From IMG/VR virus record IMGVR_UViG_3300017917_001194, positions 22,397 through 86,396 of that record: a stretch of DNA of 64,000 nt. One strand, 5' to 3'. Each line of letters starts with the position of its first letter. Positions within the stretch are counted from its first letter, which is position 1. Of the stretch, positions 63,626 to 64,000 are shown piece after piece. Position numbers and translations under genes: made by a program. The stretch is from a virus. Below the pieces are notes generated by a model, which was not told the DNA's origin, did no database searches, and was given only the letters and a program-made list of their open reading frames with translations.

Positions 63626-64000
63626 TTAAAGGCTGAATGGATCTATAATGACAATTTGGCCGTCGTCTCTACGACCTAGATTTTCAATAGAACGTAAGTC
63701 TAACGGTGCTTGCCCGCCTAGAGCATCTTCAAGATCTTGTGTGGCTAACACTAACCCGTCGATTTGTTGTTCGTCGAGTTCAGGTGGGCGTGGCGTGTTG
63801 TTGTAAAATGCGTTAAGAGCATGTTCACCGCGTGGTAGTGCGCTCATCAACTCTTCGAGATAATATAGCACATGCTCTTCACCGTGTACAGGATTTAAGT
63901 ATTCCATTTCGTAAAGGAAATAACTTTCGCCGTCTACAGTAAAATCTCCAGCGTTGTATATGCGTGGATAGTGCGGGTTACGCTGATTACGCATGAAGAA
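63626..64000 (-). CDS. kinase-like fold protein, C-terminal part (5' truncated)
   Basis: PRIY, MEYL, LDL....N, IVIIDP. Confidence 0.55.
   Translation of the reverse strand, partial: FFMRNQRNPHYPRIYNAGDFTVDGESYFLYEMEYLNPVHGEEHVLYYLEELMSALPRGEHALNAFYNNTPRPPELDEQQIDGLVLATQDLEDALGGQAPLDLRSIENLGRRDDGQIVIIDPFSL

Overview
A 64-kb segment of a large T4-like/jumbo dsDNA phage, almost entirely minus-strand coding. The likely host is a proteobacterium (sigma70 promoters, IHF- and OxyR-like sites, ahpC/ahpD). Left to right: (1) a tandem array of ~13 small paralogous ORFs ending in a DAxxFxL(R/K)W-type motif beside a MoxR AAA ATPase; (2) heptose-pathway, radical SAM and ahpC/ahpD genes; (3) a 25-tRNA array (13.2-19.8 kb) invaded by homing endonucleases, plus a 26th tRNA at 24.4 kb and a circularly permuted two-piece tmRNA with a 29-aa tag; (4) RNase H, nadE, purT and a 7-deazaguanine DNA-modification set (folE, queD, queE, DpdL-like, DpdA-like) interleaved with glycosyl- and methyltransferases; (5) sliding clamp, family B DNA polymerase, Dps and modular head-associated proteins. 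Headline observation: the tRNA array lies downstream of a consensus sigma70 promoter, an unannotated 38-codon leader ORF containing all 20 amino acids (33 different codons), and mutually exclusive antiterminator/terminator hairpins. This looks like a pan-tRNA translation-sensing attenuator that would switch on phage tRNAs when any tRNA is depleted. The same transcript carries a small basic ORF reading through tRNA-Lys, so tRNA processing would make it a non-stop mRNA (ArfA-like logic). All calls come from manual reading; no database searches were run.
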